Origin: an uncultured Nitrososphaerota archaeon
GTDB lineage: Archaea; Thermoproteota; Nitrososphaeria; Nitrososphaerales; Nitrosopumilaceae
Assembly: GCA_963824385.1 (NCBI GenBank)
Contig: CAWGPD010000001.1
Location: 192,001-256,000, forward strand
Length of the DNA: 64,000 nucleotides
Direction of reading: 5' to 3'
Positions 9,293 through 20,437 of this stretch are shown here, piece after piece. Both the position numbers and the translations under genes were made by a program. The notes beneath the pieces are model-generated. The model did not search any database. It had not been told where the DNA came from and was given only the letters and a program-made list of their open reading frames with translations. How positions within the stretch are numbered: the first letter of the stretch is position 1; each line of letters starts with the position of its first letter.

Positions 9293-10198
9293 TTAGTAGA
9301 TCATGGAAGAACTAGCATTTCTTAATTTCTTTTCCTCTACAAAAAAGCATTCTTTTCTATTTTTTATTTTTGCCAAGTGCAGTGATAAAAATTCTGAAAC
9401 AAGGATGAAAAAGATAACTTGTCCAATTGGATTATTTGTTGGAGGATCTATAATTATAGGATGCAGCCCACATTTTTTTATTTGTTTAACAAGTTTTTTG
9501 TTATGCTTGTTTTGTTTTTCAAATATTATTACAGTATCTCCTTTTCTTGATGAAAACAGTCCCATGTGCGAGAACTGTTCTATTCTCTCATAGCGTACAT
9601 CAGAGCCTAAAACTTCTTGTAATTTTGCCGCACAGAACATTGCAATAGGATAACTGTACAGATTCCCTAAAACATAGACTCTGCCATGGATAGGCATTTT
9701 GGACACACCGTAAGATATATTGAAAAGTCTAAGGGAATTTGGCATCCTGAATTTAGTCACAAGAGAGATGCAGGTGAGAGCACTTGCAAGGAAGCATATA
9801 CTTCCTGCAGTCTGTATTCCCGTATTGTCAAATTTTAAATGAATTATACCATTACATGCATTTGCAAGTTTGCTTTTTGGATTTGCAGTTATTGCAGTAG
9901 ATATTTTTGATTGCCTTGCAAGTTTGATGTTTGATATCGTATTTCCTGAAATTGATATCAGATACAAATGGTGATTTCTCAAAAGTTTAGAATATTTTGA
10001 CAGGTCAAGTGGATCTAGTGCCTTTACTCTAAAATCAGAAAAGACTTCGGCAAGTTGTGCAGATGCAAACGAGTCTCCAGTTCCACAAAATATGGCCTTT
10101 TGTTGATTTGGTACAGACAGTTGGGTTTGAGGTTTAAAGCGTTTCAAAAATTCAAGTTGCAGCATTATCTCGCTTTCAAAGGCAGCGATGGTATACAC
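9293..10198 (-). CDS. SIS-domain sugar isomerase
   Basis: FCGTGDS, ISISGNT and AITAN SIS motifs; probable GTG start at 10198. Confidence 0.8.
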   Translation of the reverse strand: MYTIAAFESEIMLQLEFLKRFKPQTQLSVPNQQKAIFCGTGDSFASAQLAEVFSDFRVKALDPLDLSKYSKLLRNHHLYLISISGNTISNIKLARQSKISTAITANPKSKLANACNGIIHLKFDNTGIQTAGSICFLASALTCISLVTKFRMPNSLRLFNISYGVSKMPIHGRVYVLGNLYSYPIAMFCAAKLQEVLGSDVRYERIEQFSHMGLFSSRKGDTVIIFEKQNKHNKKLVKQIKKCGLHPIIIDPPTNNPIGQVIFFILVSEFLSLHLAKIKNRKECFFVEEKKLRNASSSMIY

Positions 10199-10235
10199 GA
10201 ACTTGATTTTTATAATAGACATAAAAATCATCTTC

Positions 10236-11057
10236 ATGGATATCACAATAGGCCATACTCCTGATGCAGATGATGCGTTCATGTTTTATGGAATGCTAAG
10301 TGGTAAGGTTACATCGCCGCTCTTTAATGTAAAACATGTTGTAGAAGATATCGAGACTTTGAACAAACGCGCATTAACACATGAACTTGATGTCACTGCA
10401 GTCTCTGCACATGCTTGCGCATATCTCAAAGAGTATACAATTTTAAGAAGTGGTGGAAGTTTTGGAAAAGGTTACGGACCAATTGTTGTAGCAAAACAAG
10501 AACTTACTTTGGAAAAATTGCGAGGCTCCAAGATTGCAATTCCTGGAAAACTTACTTCAGCTTTTCTTCTTTTAGAGTTAATGATTGGCAAGTTTGATTA
10601 TATCGAGATGAAATTTAGTGACATTCCAGATGCAGTTGCTAGTGGACAAGTAGATGCAGGACTGGTTATTCATGAGGGACAAATAACATATGAACAAAAA
10701 GGCCTGACCAAGCTTCTTGATGTAGGCGAGTGGTGGAGAGACAGTACTGGAGGACTACCAGTTCCACTAGGGGTAAATGTTATGAGCAATCATTTTGGAA
10801 GTGAAACTATCAAAAAGTTTGACGAGTTTTTCCGTGAATCAATCATTTACGGCATGGCAAGACAAAATGAAGCGCTAGATTATGCAATGCAGTATGGCAG
10901 AGGCCAGTCAAAGGATTTGATTGATAGATTTGTTCGAATGTATGTAAACGATGTAACAATCGAGATGGGAGTTTTAGGAGAGCAGGCAATTAGAAATCTA
11001 TTTCAATTTGGAATCGAAAAAGGCCTAGTGCCAGAGTTTGAACTTCATATAGCTTGA
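10236..11057 (+). CDS. mqnD: 1,4-dihydroxy-6-naphthoate synthase (futalosine menaquinone pathway)
   Basis: GHTPDADDAFMFY, DIETLN, GYGP, IHEGQ and LPVPLG motifs. Confidence 0.85.
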   Translation: MDITIGHTPDADDAFMFYGMLSGKVTSPLFNVKHVVEDIETLNKRALTHELDVTAVSAHACAYLKEYTILRSGGSFGKGYGPIVVAKQELTLEKLRGSKIAIPGKLTSAFLLLELMIGKFDYIEMKFSDIPDAVASGQVDAGLVIHEGQITYEQKGLTKLLDVGEWWRDSTGGLPVPLGVNVMSNHFGSETIKKFDEFFRESIIYGMARQNEALDYAMQYGRGQSKDLIDRFVRMYVNDVTIEMGVLGEQAIRNLFQFGIEKGLVPEFELHIA

Positions 11058-11174
11058 GAAATTAATTAAAAACTATTTTTTGCATTCTCTGGTGTATCTT
11101 TCGTCTAATTTTAAAAAGTAGAACAGGTTTTGCCCAAGACTAACCATTAAGTTAGGCTTGAAAAAAATAACATC

Positions 11175-11591
11175 GTGGTAGGTGCAGAAATAAGTCAAAG
11201 CAAGTTTCATGATATTTCTCATTTTGGATTAAGATTGGCAATAGGCTCAATCTTTATTGCAGTTGGCTTTGTCAAATTTGATCCTAGTTTTGCTACATAT
11301 CTACCACATATGGGCCTTCCAACAAATTTGCAGTACCTTTTTGCATTACAGGAATTTGTTCCCGGGATTTTGATAATCGTTGGCATATTGACAAGAATTT
11401 CTGCAACAGTTCTCTCACTTGTGATGCTTGGTGTGATATTTTACATAGACAAGGCATCAAAATTCATAGGCCCTGATGGTGTTGAGCTTCCAGTAGTACT
11501 TTTAGCAATTTCAATAGTCATAATAACAATCGGTCCAGGCAGAATTTCAATATCACATTTAATTAAAAAAATCCCTCGTTTTCTGCAGTGA
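11175..11591 (+). CDS. DoxX family membrane protein
   Basis: LRLAIG.IFI..G..K; GILTRISA; GPGRISI. Confidence 0.85.
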   Translation: MVGAEISQSKFHDISHFGLRLAIGSIFIAVGFVKFDPSFATYLPHMGLPTNLQYLFALQEFVPGILIIVGILTRISATVLSLVMLGVIFYIDKASKFIGPDGVELPVVLLAISIVIITIGPGRISISHLIKKIPRFLQ

Positions 11592-11641
11592 TCTACGGAA
11601 AATTCTAGAATATTATAAAAAATCCTACTCGCTCATACTAT

Positions 11642-12584
11642 CTAATCAATACCTATTTTCTTTCTCAATATCTTTACGTTATTCCGAATTGTCACAGTAC
11701 TGACTCCTGATGTATTTGCAATTTTCTCCTGAGTTATTTTTTCTTCATTCAATACTCCTGATAAAAATATGGCAGCGGCTGCAAGAGATACAGGATTTTT
11801 TCCATCAGATATTCCTAATTTTTTTATATCATGTAGAATACCAAGTGCATCCCTTTTTGCCTTCTCGCTTAGACCTACGGTAGTACCAATCTTTGATACA
11901 AACTCGGACGGATCAAATGAGATTACTTGCAAGTCAAGTGCCTTTACAAATACCCTGTAATGTCTTGAAAGATTCTTAAACGAAATGTTACCAGTATCTG
12001 CAATTTCCTGTAAGGTTCTTGGCATGTTTGCTTCTCTGCAAGAAACATAGAGTGCAGAAAGTATCATTCCTGTTATGGTTCTTCCACGTGTGATGTTTTT
12101 GTTTATTGCTTTTCTATACAGATATGCATGCTCGTTCAATTATACTATCAGATAAATCCAGTTTAGACTTTGCCGTTCCCAAGACAGTAAAGGCTGTACG
12201 TAAGTTTCTTTCATGTGAATTTGATCTACTTCTACTGTCCCACGTTCTTAGTCTGTTAAAGGTACTTTTCATTTGAGATGAAATGAAATTTCCTGAAGCG
12301 TCTCTGTCAGTATTTCCAATTATTGTTGAAAGCCCCTTATCATGTATTGACAGTGCTGAAGCCATTCCGTTTCTTGTATTACTGTTAAAATCTTCTACAG
12401 TGTATGATCTTTGTTCTGGGGTAGTATCTTCAATTTTATCCATAACAACCATGCCACATCTTGAGCAAAGCACTTCCCCACGTGAACTATCAGTCACCAG
12501 CGGTCCATGTTTACCTTGAGTTGATACACATGTTTCTGGGAATATTCCTTGCAGTAACAGTTTAGTTTTATTATTAACTATCAT
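11642..12584 (-). CDS. tfb: Transcription initiation factor IIB paralog (frameshift near 12128)
   Basis: TD..RGEVLCSRCG ribbon; HDKGLST.IG..DRDASG; RLRTWD; two cyclin folds ending VTIRN. Confidence 0.9.
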
Positions 12585-12699
12585 TTATATAGTTACTATA
12601 CATTAGAAAGTATATAAATTGTCAAGTAACAGTTTGGATACCAACTTAATTCATGGTAAGTAGTTTTTTGTTTCGTTATGTAGCGATTATAAGCTGTAC

Positions 12700-13107
12700 T
12701 CATTTTACGGTCTTTACTTTTCCAAATACTTGTTCTATAGTCCTTGGCTTGCCGTCTTTGAATACATCAGAAGGACAATATTTCATAGAAAAAGCAGCCA
12801 TCTGCATTAGGATTGTCTTTAGCTCTTTTCCCTTTTCTGTAACTGTATACTCAATTTTGATAGGAGTTTCCGGATAGACTTTTCTCTTTATCAAACCACT
12901 TTTTTCCATCTCCCTTAATCTTATAGAAAGTGTCTTTGGGTTAATCCCTTCTACGGATTCTAGAAATTGATTGAATCGTGTATGATTCAAAATAATCATG
13001 TTACGAAGTATGTGTATGGTAAATTTTTTTCCAACAAGTCGTAGCGTGTTATCAACAGGACAACATTTTATCTGATCAGAAAGATTTTTGAGTTCTTGTG
13101 GCATCAA
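12700..13107 (-). CDS. HxlR-family winged-helix transcriptional regulator
   Basis: CCPVDNTLRLVGKKF...RFNQF...INPKTLS.RLRE...P.KIEY..TEKG. Confidence 0.9.
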   Translation of the reverse strand: MMPQELKNLSDQIKCCPVDNTLRLVGKKFTIHILRNMIILNHTRFNQFLESVEGINPKTLSIRLREMEKSGLIKRKVYPETPIKIEYTVTEKGKELKTILMQMAAFSMKYCPSDVFKDGKPRTIEQVFGKVKTVK

Positions 13108-13190
13108 CTTACTAAAATCACACCTACTTTCAGTAAAGTTACTTTCCTATTTATATACTTACCTTTCTATAGTGACTATAAGAACGTAAT

Positions 13191-13529
13191 ATGGAATGCA
13201 AAACAGGAACATGTAACATGGAAGAAGATGCAACGTGCTCATGCACCTCAGAGACGGAATGCAATGACTGCGGTTGTGGAACGGTTGATCCTGTAAGACA
13301 ATCAATGGAATTGCTGCACAAGGCATTCCACGATGCGCTATATCAGGCACATGTGGAACGACTCAAAAAGAGAATTGATGCCTCCTTTGGACCTACATTG
13401 GACAAGGGAGCAGATGCAATGATTGAAACAGCAGCCAGAGTCTGGCAATCAACTCTAGTACAATCAGAGGCAAAAAAAGAGCTTGAAGTAAAGTTGCAAA
13501 AGATATTTTCTGAATCAAGTAAGAGATAA
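13191..13529 (+). CDS. Hypothetical protein with Cys-rich N-terminus and helical C-domain
   Basis: 7 Cys in the first 30 aa; divergent from the HxlR gene. Confidence 0.7.
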   Translation: MECKTGTCNMEEDATCSCTSETECNDCGCGTVDPVRQSMELLHKAFHDALYQAHVERLKKRIDASFGPTLDKGADAMIETAARVWQSTLVQSEAKKELEVKLQKIFSESSKR

Positions 13530-13684
13530 ACTACTCCCCAGAAGAATCTCTTACTTTTCTTTTTTATTTTAGAATCCTGTAAGACCCAAATACTAACTTG
13601 GAAATAGTTTCAGACCCATTTTTAGTTTAAATTAAGCAAAGGTTGCGGGCATCTATTTATTACAGATTATACAATATACATCCA

Positions 13685-13963
13685 ATGGACAAGCGAGTCT
13701 TTGCACTTGGCATAACAATGCTTGCAATAGGTTTTTCCATTTACGGATATCTTAGTGAAAACGAACCTGCCGGAAGAGCAGACATGACAGACGAAGAAAA
13801 AGCTGCGTTTAACCAAGATCTAGTGTTAAATATTGGTTTTAGAAACATGGCAGCACTAGTTGGAGGCCTGGGATTTTTCATTACATTGATCAGTGTAGGA
13901 ATCCGAGGAAAAAAGAAAGGCGGAGCAGGAAAGACAGTGAACCAAAAACCAGCCCAGTCCTAG
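13685..13963 (+). CDS. Small 2-TM membrane protein
   Basis: Two hydrophobic helices; probable start MDKRVF. Confidence 0.7.
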   Translation: MDKRVFALGITMLAIGFSIYGYLSENEPAGRADMTDEEKAAFNQDLVLNIGFRNMAALVGGLGFFITLISVGIRGKKKGGAGKTVNQKPAQS

Positions 13964-15058
13964 AATGTTTTTAAAATATTGAAAAACGTATCTCTCTGAG
14001 CTGGCTCTCTACCAATCTCCTTAATCATATTTGCAGACTCAATGATAGAAGAGTTGGTTCCCTTGCCAGCTGCTTTGTAAATCTCCTCAGAGAATGCAGT
14101 CCCTACCAAGTCATTTCCTCCATATGTCAAGGCAACCTGTGCAAGTTTCTTGCCAAGTGCAACCCAGTATACAGAGATATTGTCAGAGCTCACCTGCAAG
14201 CATCAATCTAGAGATTGCAGTAATTCTAAGATCATACGTAGATGGGCTCTCTGATGTTACCAGTCCTTGCTTTTCAAGTTCGGTGTTATCAAGGCTGAAC
14301 TTTAGTGGAATCAGTGTAAGAAATCCCTTGGTTCTTTTTTGAACTTCTCTTAATTTTATCAAATGATCAATTATATGTTCAGGCTTTTCAATATGCCCAA
14401 AAAGCATTGTAGCATTACTTTTTATTCCAAGATTATGAGCCTGCTCTATAGTATCAAGCCATTCTTGTCCAGAGCACTTGCCTCTAACTATTTTATTTCT
14501 AATATCGGGATGGAAAAGTTCTGCTCCTCCTCCTGGCATTGTATCAAGTCCAGCTGCTTTGAATCTGGTCAATACTTCTTTTACAGAATTTTTTGTCAGT
14601 CGTGCAATAAAGAAAATTTCAGCCGCTGTAAGTGCTTTGATGTGCATTTGAGGAGAATTTTGTTTTATTGTTCGAAACATTTCTTCATAGTATTCCATTG
14701 GAAGTTCGGGATGAAATCCACCCACAATATGCACCTCAGTTGCGCCCATCTCTTTTGCAATTGCGACTCGGCTTGCAATATCTTTGGAAGATAGAGTGTA
14801 TGCATCTTTTTCATCTCCTTTTCTATAAAATGCACACATCTGACAACTAGCAGCGCAAACATTTGTGTAATTCATGTAGTATGATGCGGCAAACGTAACT
14901 TGTGATCCTACTCTTTGCTCTCTAACCATATCTGCTGCAGCACCCAGCATGTACAAATTATCATAAGACATTAGTTCCATGCCATCGTCGTAGGAAAGTT
15001 CTTCTCCTGCAATAGCTTTTTCAAGGGCCTTTGATTCCTTGACTAGTTTTTCTAGCAT
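13960..15058 (-). CDS. mqnE: Aminofutalosine synthase-like radical SAM enzyme (CofH/MqnC/MqnE family; frameshift near 14186)
   Basis: NYTNVCAASCQMCAF; HIKALTAAEI; MPGGGAE; NATMLFGHIE; C-terminal QRDTFF in the second frame. Confidence 0.8.
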
Positions 15059-15147
15059 GATATTACTGGAAGGCAGTATCAATATAAAATTACCAAAGCA
15101 TGTTGTCATTAGTTAGATTATTGTACACGTGTGGTGCCACACCTTTC

Positions 15148-15546
15148 ATGAAACTGCACCACATTGGCATTGTAGTAAATAACATCCAAGAGTCCATGGG
15201 TGAGCTCAAAAGATACCTAAACTTTGAGACAACAAGTGCCACATTTCCAGTTGGCAGCCAAAAAGTCAATATCTGCTTTTTAAAAATGGGAGAGCCATTC
15301 CTAGAGTTGATAGAACCAACGTCTCCTGACTCGGCAATAAGCGAATTTGCAAAATCCGGCGGAGGAATGCATCACCTGTGCTTTGAGGTAAAAGATATTC
15401 AGTCAGAACTTGATTCTCTTGTAGGAAAGGGGGCAACCATACTTGTAAATCCCGTAAAAGGTTTTGACGAACGCCGTATTGCATTTGTTGATTTGAATAC
15501 AAAAAATACCAAGTGTGGTCTTGTCGAACTGTTAGAGACAGGATAA
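15148..15546 (+). CDS. VOC family protein, methylmalonyl-CoA epimerase-like
   Basis: LHHIGIVV, SQKV..CFL, LELIEP, GGMHHLCFEV, LVELLE. Confidence 0.8.
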   Translation: MKLHHIGIVVNNIQESMGELKRYLNFETTSATFPVGSQKVNICFLKMGEPFLELIEPTSPDSAISEFAKSGGGMHHLCFEVKDIQSELDSLVGKGATILVNPVKGFDERRIAFVDLNTKNTKCGLVELLETG

Positions 15547-15551
15547 AAAAT

Positions 15552-16959
15552 TTAGAGATTATTTCTCAGATTAGATCTTGACGATATGCCAATTATAGCA
15601 ACAATGGATATCAAAAGTGCAATGGAGGCAAGCGGACCAAATTCTGGAACAAATGTTGTACTTTTTGAGAATGTTATAGTATGATTACCCTGTTGGCCTT
15701 GCTGCCATATTAAATAGACAACATTATTCAATGTGGACATATTGCTTATGTACGAATCAGTTACACTATTGCTTACATTTGTAGAATTTTGAAACGTATC
15801 TCCGCCATCTGAACTCTTTGTTATAAACACATTATATTTTCCAAGTGTGTTGTCAACCCAGCTAATGTAGATAGCGCTACCATCAGATGCAATTTTTGGC
15901 CAACCCGATGCGCCGACATTATTACTTAGATTTATCGGAGTACCAAAAGTGTTGCCATCATCTGTACTTTTTGCAAAATAGACATCATAATTTGGATGTG
16001 ATATAGTCTGGGTCCATGTCACATAGATATTATTTCCAGTGACTGCAAATTGTGGATATCCAGAAGCAGCACTAAGATTACTTACGTTAACGGGAGTTCC
16101 AAAAGAATTTCCCCCATCAGTACTTTTTGAAAATAAAATGTCATAATTTCCCGAAGTATTATCCATCCAAACGATATAGACATGTATTTTGCAATACCAC
16201 AATTTCAGGGGTTCCAGATTGCCCAGCATTGTTACTCACATCGACTGGAAGAGTAAATGACGCTCCGTAATCATCACTCTTAGACAAAAATACATCAAAA
16301 TTTCCTTTACTGTTATCCTCCCAAGTCAGATACACATTATTTCCAGTTGCAAGTAGTTTTGGAATTCCGGAATTTCCCAAATTATGAGTCAGATATAAGG
16401 GCATACCAATTGTGGTTCCATTATCATCACTTTTTTCAAAGACTATATTTGTAGAATCATTACCAGATTTTTCAAGCCATGTAAAATACACGTGGTTATC
16501 AGAGACAGATATTTGCGGAAATGCCGCAAGTTTTGTTGCATTACTGATCATCATTGGAGTATCAAAACTTGAACCACCATCGGAACTTTTTGCTAGAAAT
16601 ACTGAGGCAGTGCCAGTAAGAGACGTCTGCCATATCACGTATACATTGTTACCTTTTTGTGCAAATGCCGCATAATCTGATTGGCCCACATTTGAACTTG
16701 ACAGATTTATTGGATTGCCAAATGTATTTCCACCATCAGCACTTTTAGAAAAAAATACGTCGCTTCTTCCAGAATTGTTTTCTACCCACAGAGTAAAGAC
16801 TCCATCGTCTGAAGTTATGATGTTAGGATTTTGAGAATCAGATGTCATATTGCTGATATTAACAGGACTTGTAAAACCCGGCGATGTAGTTTGGGCAAAA
16901 CTTGGAACAATTCCAGACAGGGCAAAAATAATCAGAATTGCAAATACAAATATTTTCAC
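15552..16959 (-). CDS. BNR/Asp-box (sialidase-like) repeat surface protein with PEFG-CTERM (frameshift near 16190)
   Basis: Repeated SxDGGxxF Asp-boxes; signal peptide; VPEFG + TM. Confidence 0.85.
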
Positions 16960-17010
16960 ATAACTTGTTCTAGAGTACCAATATAATATGGTATCATCAA
17001 AAAAATGAAA

Positions 17011-17403
17011 TTACTTTAAATCCAATTTATCAACTATAAGATTTAGTTCTACTGTTTCTTTTGTGTTAACAGCATTGGTAAGATGCGTGGTCATGGTTAT
17101 CAAATATTCTCTGCCATCAATTTTCAAATTTGTTTTGATCAAAATTGGTTTAAAGTCAGTATTTGGTCCAAGCATTAGTTTAGGGATCTCATTTGTTATT
17201 GAAAGATCAGTTATTACTTTTGCCTTATAGGCCTCAACATCTGTAAAATACACACCTCCTCTTGTAGTAGGCTCACGTACTGGAATTTTTGATTTTATAA
17301 TTGAGATCTTTTTGACAGGATATGATTTTTCCTCAATATTTATCACATATGAGAGATTTTGAGCCCCAGATACCTTGATAATTACATCTTCATTTTCTAG
17401 CAT
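17011..17403 (-). CDS. Conserved hypothetical protein
   Basis: PVREPTTRGGVYF motif; probable start MLENED. Confidence 0.65.
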   Translation of the reverse strand: MLENEDVIIKVSGAQNLSYVINIEEKSYPVKKISIIKSKIPVREPTTRGGVYFTDVEAYKAKVITDLSITNEIPKLMLGPNTDFKPILIKTNLKIDGREYLITMTTHLTNAVNTKETVELNLIVDKLDLK

Positions 17404-17490
17404 TTGAAATTTAATTTCAAACAAACCTCTAATAATCTTCTGTTTGGTGTGCACGATACTTTTACAACCTCTAGCATCTAGTCGGTATTT

Positions 17491-18998
17491 GTGAGAAATT
17501 ATGAGATCGAGGCTGCATGGCATTATCACAATGGTACAAAACATCCAAACGGAATGCTGCTTAGCAGATTTCATATGTATCACCCTTCACAAAGACCAAC
17601 CCCTTACAAGATTTACAAAAATGCACCGCAGGTCATTTTACCAATAGAAAAAAACTCGCTAGGAGTATCTACACTTGATGCCATTTCCACTAACCTTGAC
17701 ATCAGGGATACAAAAATTCCAGATTTACAAATATTGTCCAGAATTTTATATTTTTCAGCAGGGATTACAAAAAAGATAAAATTTCAAGGTCTAGGAGAGA
17801 TGGATTTTCGTGCAGCATCATGTACCGGTGCACTATATCACATAGAAATTTACGTCGTATGCTCAGATATCTCAGGTCTTGATGCAGGAGTTTATCACTT
17901 TGATCCAAAAAACATGAAGACTAAACGTAATACGACGTGGAGATTATAGAAAAAAAATTCTTGATTCAACTGCAAACGAGTCATTTACAAAACATTCACC
18001 AGTCATACTTGTTTTCACAGATGTCTTTGCAAGAAATTCTGTTAAATACCAATCAAGAGAATATCGCCATGCATTTTGGGATTGTGGAACAATATTAGCA
18101 AATACATTGGCAATCACAACTGCCCACAAAATACCTTCAAAGATAATAACAGGTTTTGTAGATTTGCAGATAGACTCAATTACTAGGATTAGACATGGTC
18201 CAAGAGGCACCTCTTGTAATTGTACCACTTGGAATAACAAACCAAGAAATGCCTCCCTGTCCTGACTTGTTAGAACTCAATTTAGAGGCAATTTCATCAG
18301 AGTATGAGATAGAATATCCAGAAATTAATGCCATGCACGATTCATCCTGCCTTCTAAATCAAAACGAGGTGGAATCATGGAGATATGAAATGACAAGAGA
18401 GCAAAAAAGTCATCCTCAATTGATTCAACTTGAGAAAAACATCAAAAATTTAGAATCAATAGAGCAGACAATAATCAAGCGCGGCTCTACAAGAAAATTT
18501 TCTCTAGAAACCATAACTTTTGAGCAGCTATCCACAATTCTTAGTTGTGCTACACCCGGAATTAATGCGGATTTTGTAAACCACGAGATACTATCAGATC
18601 TACATATCATAGTAAATGCAGTTGAAGGATTAGACTCTGGCTCTTACTATTATGTAAAAGAGAAAAATTCACTTGAATTATTACGTAAAGGAAATTTTAG
18701 ACCCACATCAGGAAATCTAGGATTAAATCAAGACTTGCCATATGATGCAAGTGTTACAATTTTCTTTATGGTAGATCTCAAAAAGATTTTAGAACAATTT
18801 GGAAATCGAGGATATAGAATAGCTCAGTTAGATTCTGCAATTGCGGGAGGCAAGGCATATCTTGCATCATATGCATTAGGTCTTGGTGCAACAGGACTTA
18901 CATTTTATGATGATGCAGTTACCAGTTTCTTTTCACCTCATGCAATAGATAAAGAGACGATGTTTTTGATTGCAATAGGAAAAAAAGAAAAATCCTAG
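17491..18998 (+). CDS. SagB/ThcOx family flavin-dependent dehydrogenase, two nitroreductase domains (frameshifts near 17922 and 18180)
   Basis: RAASCTGALY.IE.Y; GVYHFDP; middle frame KYQSREYRHAFWDCG; RGSTRKF; RGYRIAQLD; GATGLTFYDD. Confidence 0.85.
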
Positions 18999-19123
18999 TC
19001 AGAATCAATATTTGTCTTCAAAAACAACCAGTTTTTTTCCATATTAAAGTGGAATATTTACAAATGATATTTTCTTTATTTTGATAAAATAAAAAATGTG
19101 AAAAATCACATTCTATTGGTATT

Positions 19124-20008
19124 TTATGTCCTATTGTTCACAAACTTTTGGTTTGGATGATATGCTACACCTGCAAACTGTTGGTTTGGATGATATGCTA
19201 CACCTGCAAACTGTTGGTTTGGATGATATGCTACACCTGCAAACTGTTGGTTTGGATGATATGCTACACCTGCAAACTGTTGGTTTGGATGATATGCTAC
19301 ACCTGCAAACTGTTGGTTTGGATGATATGCTACACCTGCAAACTGTTGGTTTGGATGATATGCTACACCTGCAAACTGTTGGTTTGGATGATATGCTACA
19401 CCTGCAAACTGTCGGTGCATGTAGGATGTCATGTCTACAAATCTATGGTCTGTACGCAATGTCATGTCTACAAACTTTTGGTGCATATATGATGTCATGT
19501 CGACAAATCTATGAGGTCCAGAAGTTCCAGAGTATGGAGTAGGTGTTACAGAGTTATTCGGTGTCGAATATACTGGTGCTGAATTAACTGGTGTTGTGTA
19601 AGTATTGTCTGGTGTTGAGTTAACTGGTGTTGTGTTAGTATTGTCTGGTGCCGAATTAACTGGTGTTGTGTTAGTATTGTCTGGTGTTGAGTTAACTGGT
19701 GTTGTGTTAGTATTGTCTGGTGCCGAATTAACTGGTGTTGTGTTAGTATTGTCTGGTGTTGAACTTACAGATGTTGTGTTAGTATTGCTTGGTGCTGAGG
19801 ACGTAAAATTGTTTAATGTACCATTTGCTAACAATGATGTTGAATTGTTTAGCGTTGCATTTATTGGCAATGTGATTACAGATGTCCCATTGCTTTGAAC
19901 ATTGCTTACCTGGGCAAACGCACTGGTTGTTGCAAATGATGCAGTCATTACAACTCCAAGAATTGCCACTAGTGACAAGATTTGGAGTTTGTTTACGTTT
20001 GGGTTCAT
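19124..20008 (-). CDS. Secreted low-complexity protein with two tandem-repeat arrays
   Basis: Signal peptide ending AFA; 12-aa S/T/N/P repeats, then 11-aa QQFAGVAYHPN repeats. Confidence 0.8.
   Translation of the reverse strand: MNPNVNKLQILSLVAILGVVMTASFATTSAFAQVSNVQSNGTSVITLPINATLNNSTSLLANGTLNNFTSSAPSNTNTTSVSSTPDNTNTTPVNSAPDNTNTTPVNSTPDNTNTTPVNSAPDNTNTTPVNSTPDNTYTTPVNSAPVYSTPNNSVTPTPYSGTSGPHRFVDMTSYMHQKFVDMTLRTDHRFVDMTSYMHRQFAGVAYHPNQQFAGVAYHPNQQFAGVAYHPNQQFAGVAYHPNQQFAGVAYHPNQQFAGVAYHPNQQFAGVAYHPNQQFAGVAYHPNQKFVNNRT
19148..19411. repeat. 33-bp perfect tandem repeat x8 (coding, QQFAGVAYHPN)
   Basis: TTGGTTTGGATGATATGCTACACCTGCAAACTG head-to-tail with no spacers. Confidence 0.95.
19573..19800. 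repeat. 36-bp imperfect tandem repeat x~6 (coding, PDNTNTTPVNS[A/T])
   Basis: Repeated TTAACTGGTGTTGTGTTAGTATTGTCTGGTG with alternating A/T variants. Confidence 0.9.
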
Positions 20009-20236
20009 TTTCGACTTTCTTACGGCAATTAATTAATAAAGAATTACTTCACATTGTACACTAACAAAGTTCTCTAATAGTTAAAATATGACTTGACTGT
20101 TTTTTGGCAAATATTTCTATTCAAAGTAATGATCTAGTCACGTAAGATTGTCTAAATCAGAATCACACTTGCACACATAGTTTTTTCAAAGCATATTCTC
20201 AATGCTTATATCATTACCACCGAGATCAAAATAAAG

Positions 20237-20437
20237 ATGCATTTTAAGAAAATTCATCTTGTCTTGGCATTATTAATTCTAATACCCTCATTTGTAAACT
20301 TGGGAGTTCCTATTTACAATAGAGATTCTCCAGAATTATTTGGACTGTCATTTTTCTACTGGTTTCAGACATTTTGGTTATTTGCCTGCACCGGTTTCTA
20401 TTTTGCGTATGCTAAACTGATGGAGAAAAAAGTATGA
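20237..20437 (+). CDS. DUF3311-like small membrane subunit of a solute symporter
   Basis: [20 protein letters not shown]; overlaps the symporter start codon (ATGA). Confidence 0.85.
   Translation: MHFKKIHLVLALLILIPSFVNLGVPIYNRDSPELFGLSFFYWFQTFWLFACTGFYFAYAKLMEKKV

Noticed and set aside
19148..19411. 33-bp repeat array as a CRISPR array
   Set aside because: Units are head-to-tail with no spacers, are a multiple of 3 and lie in-frame in a signal-peptide ORF; no cas genes in the window
19126..19898. Plus-strand repeat ORFs (LDDMLHLQTVG, WMICYTCKLLV, etc.)
   Set aside because: Shadow frames of the minus-strand repeat protein, open only because of the periodicity
17491..20008. Complete TOMM/RiPP biosynthetic cluster
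   Set aside because: No YcaO, peptidase or exporter nearby, and stand-alone SagB-family genes are common; kept only as a weak alternative
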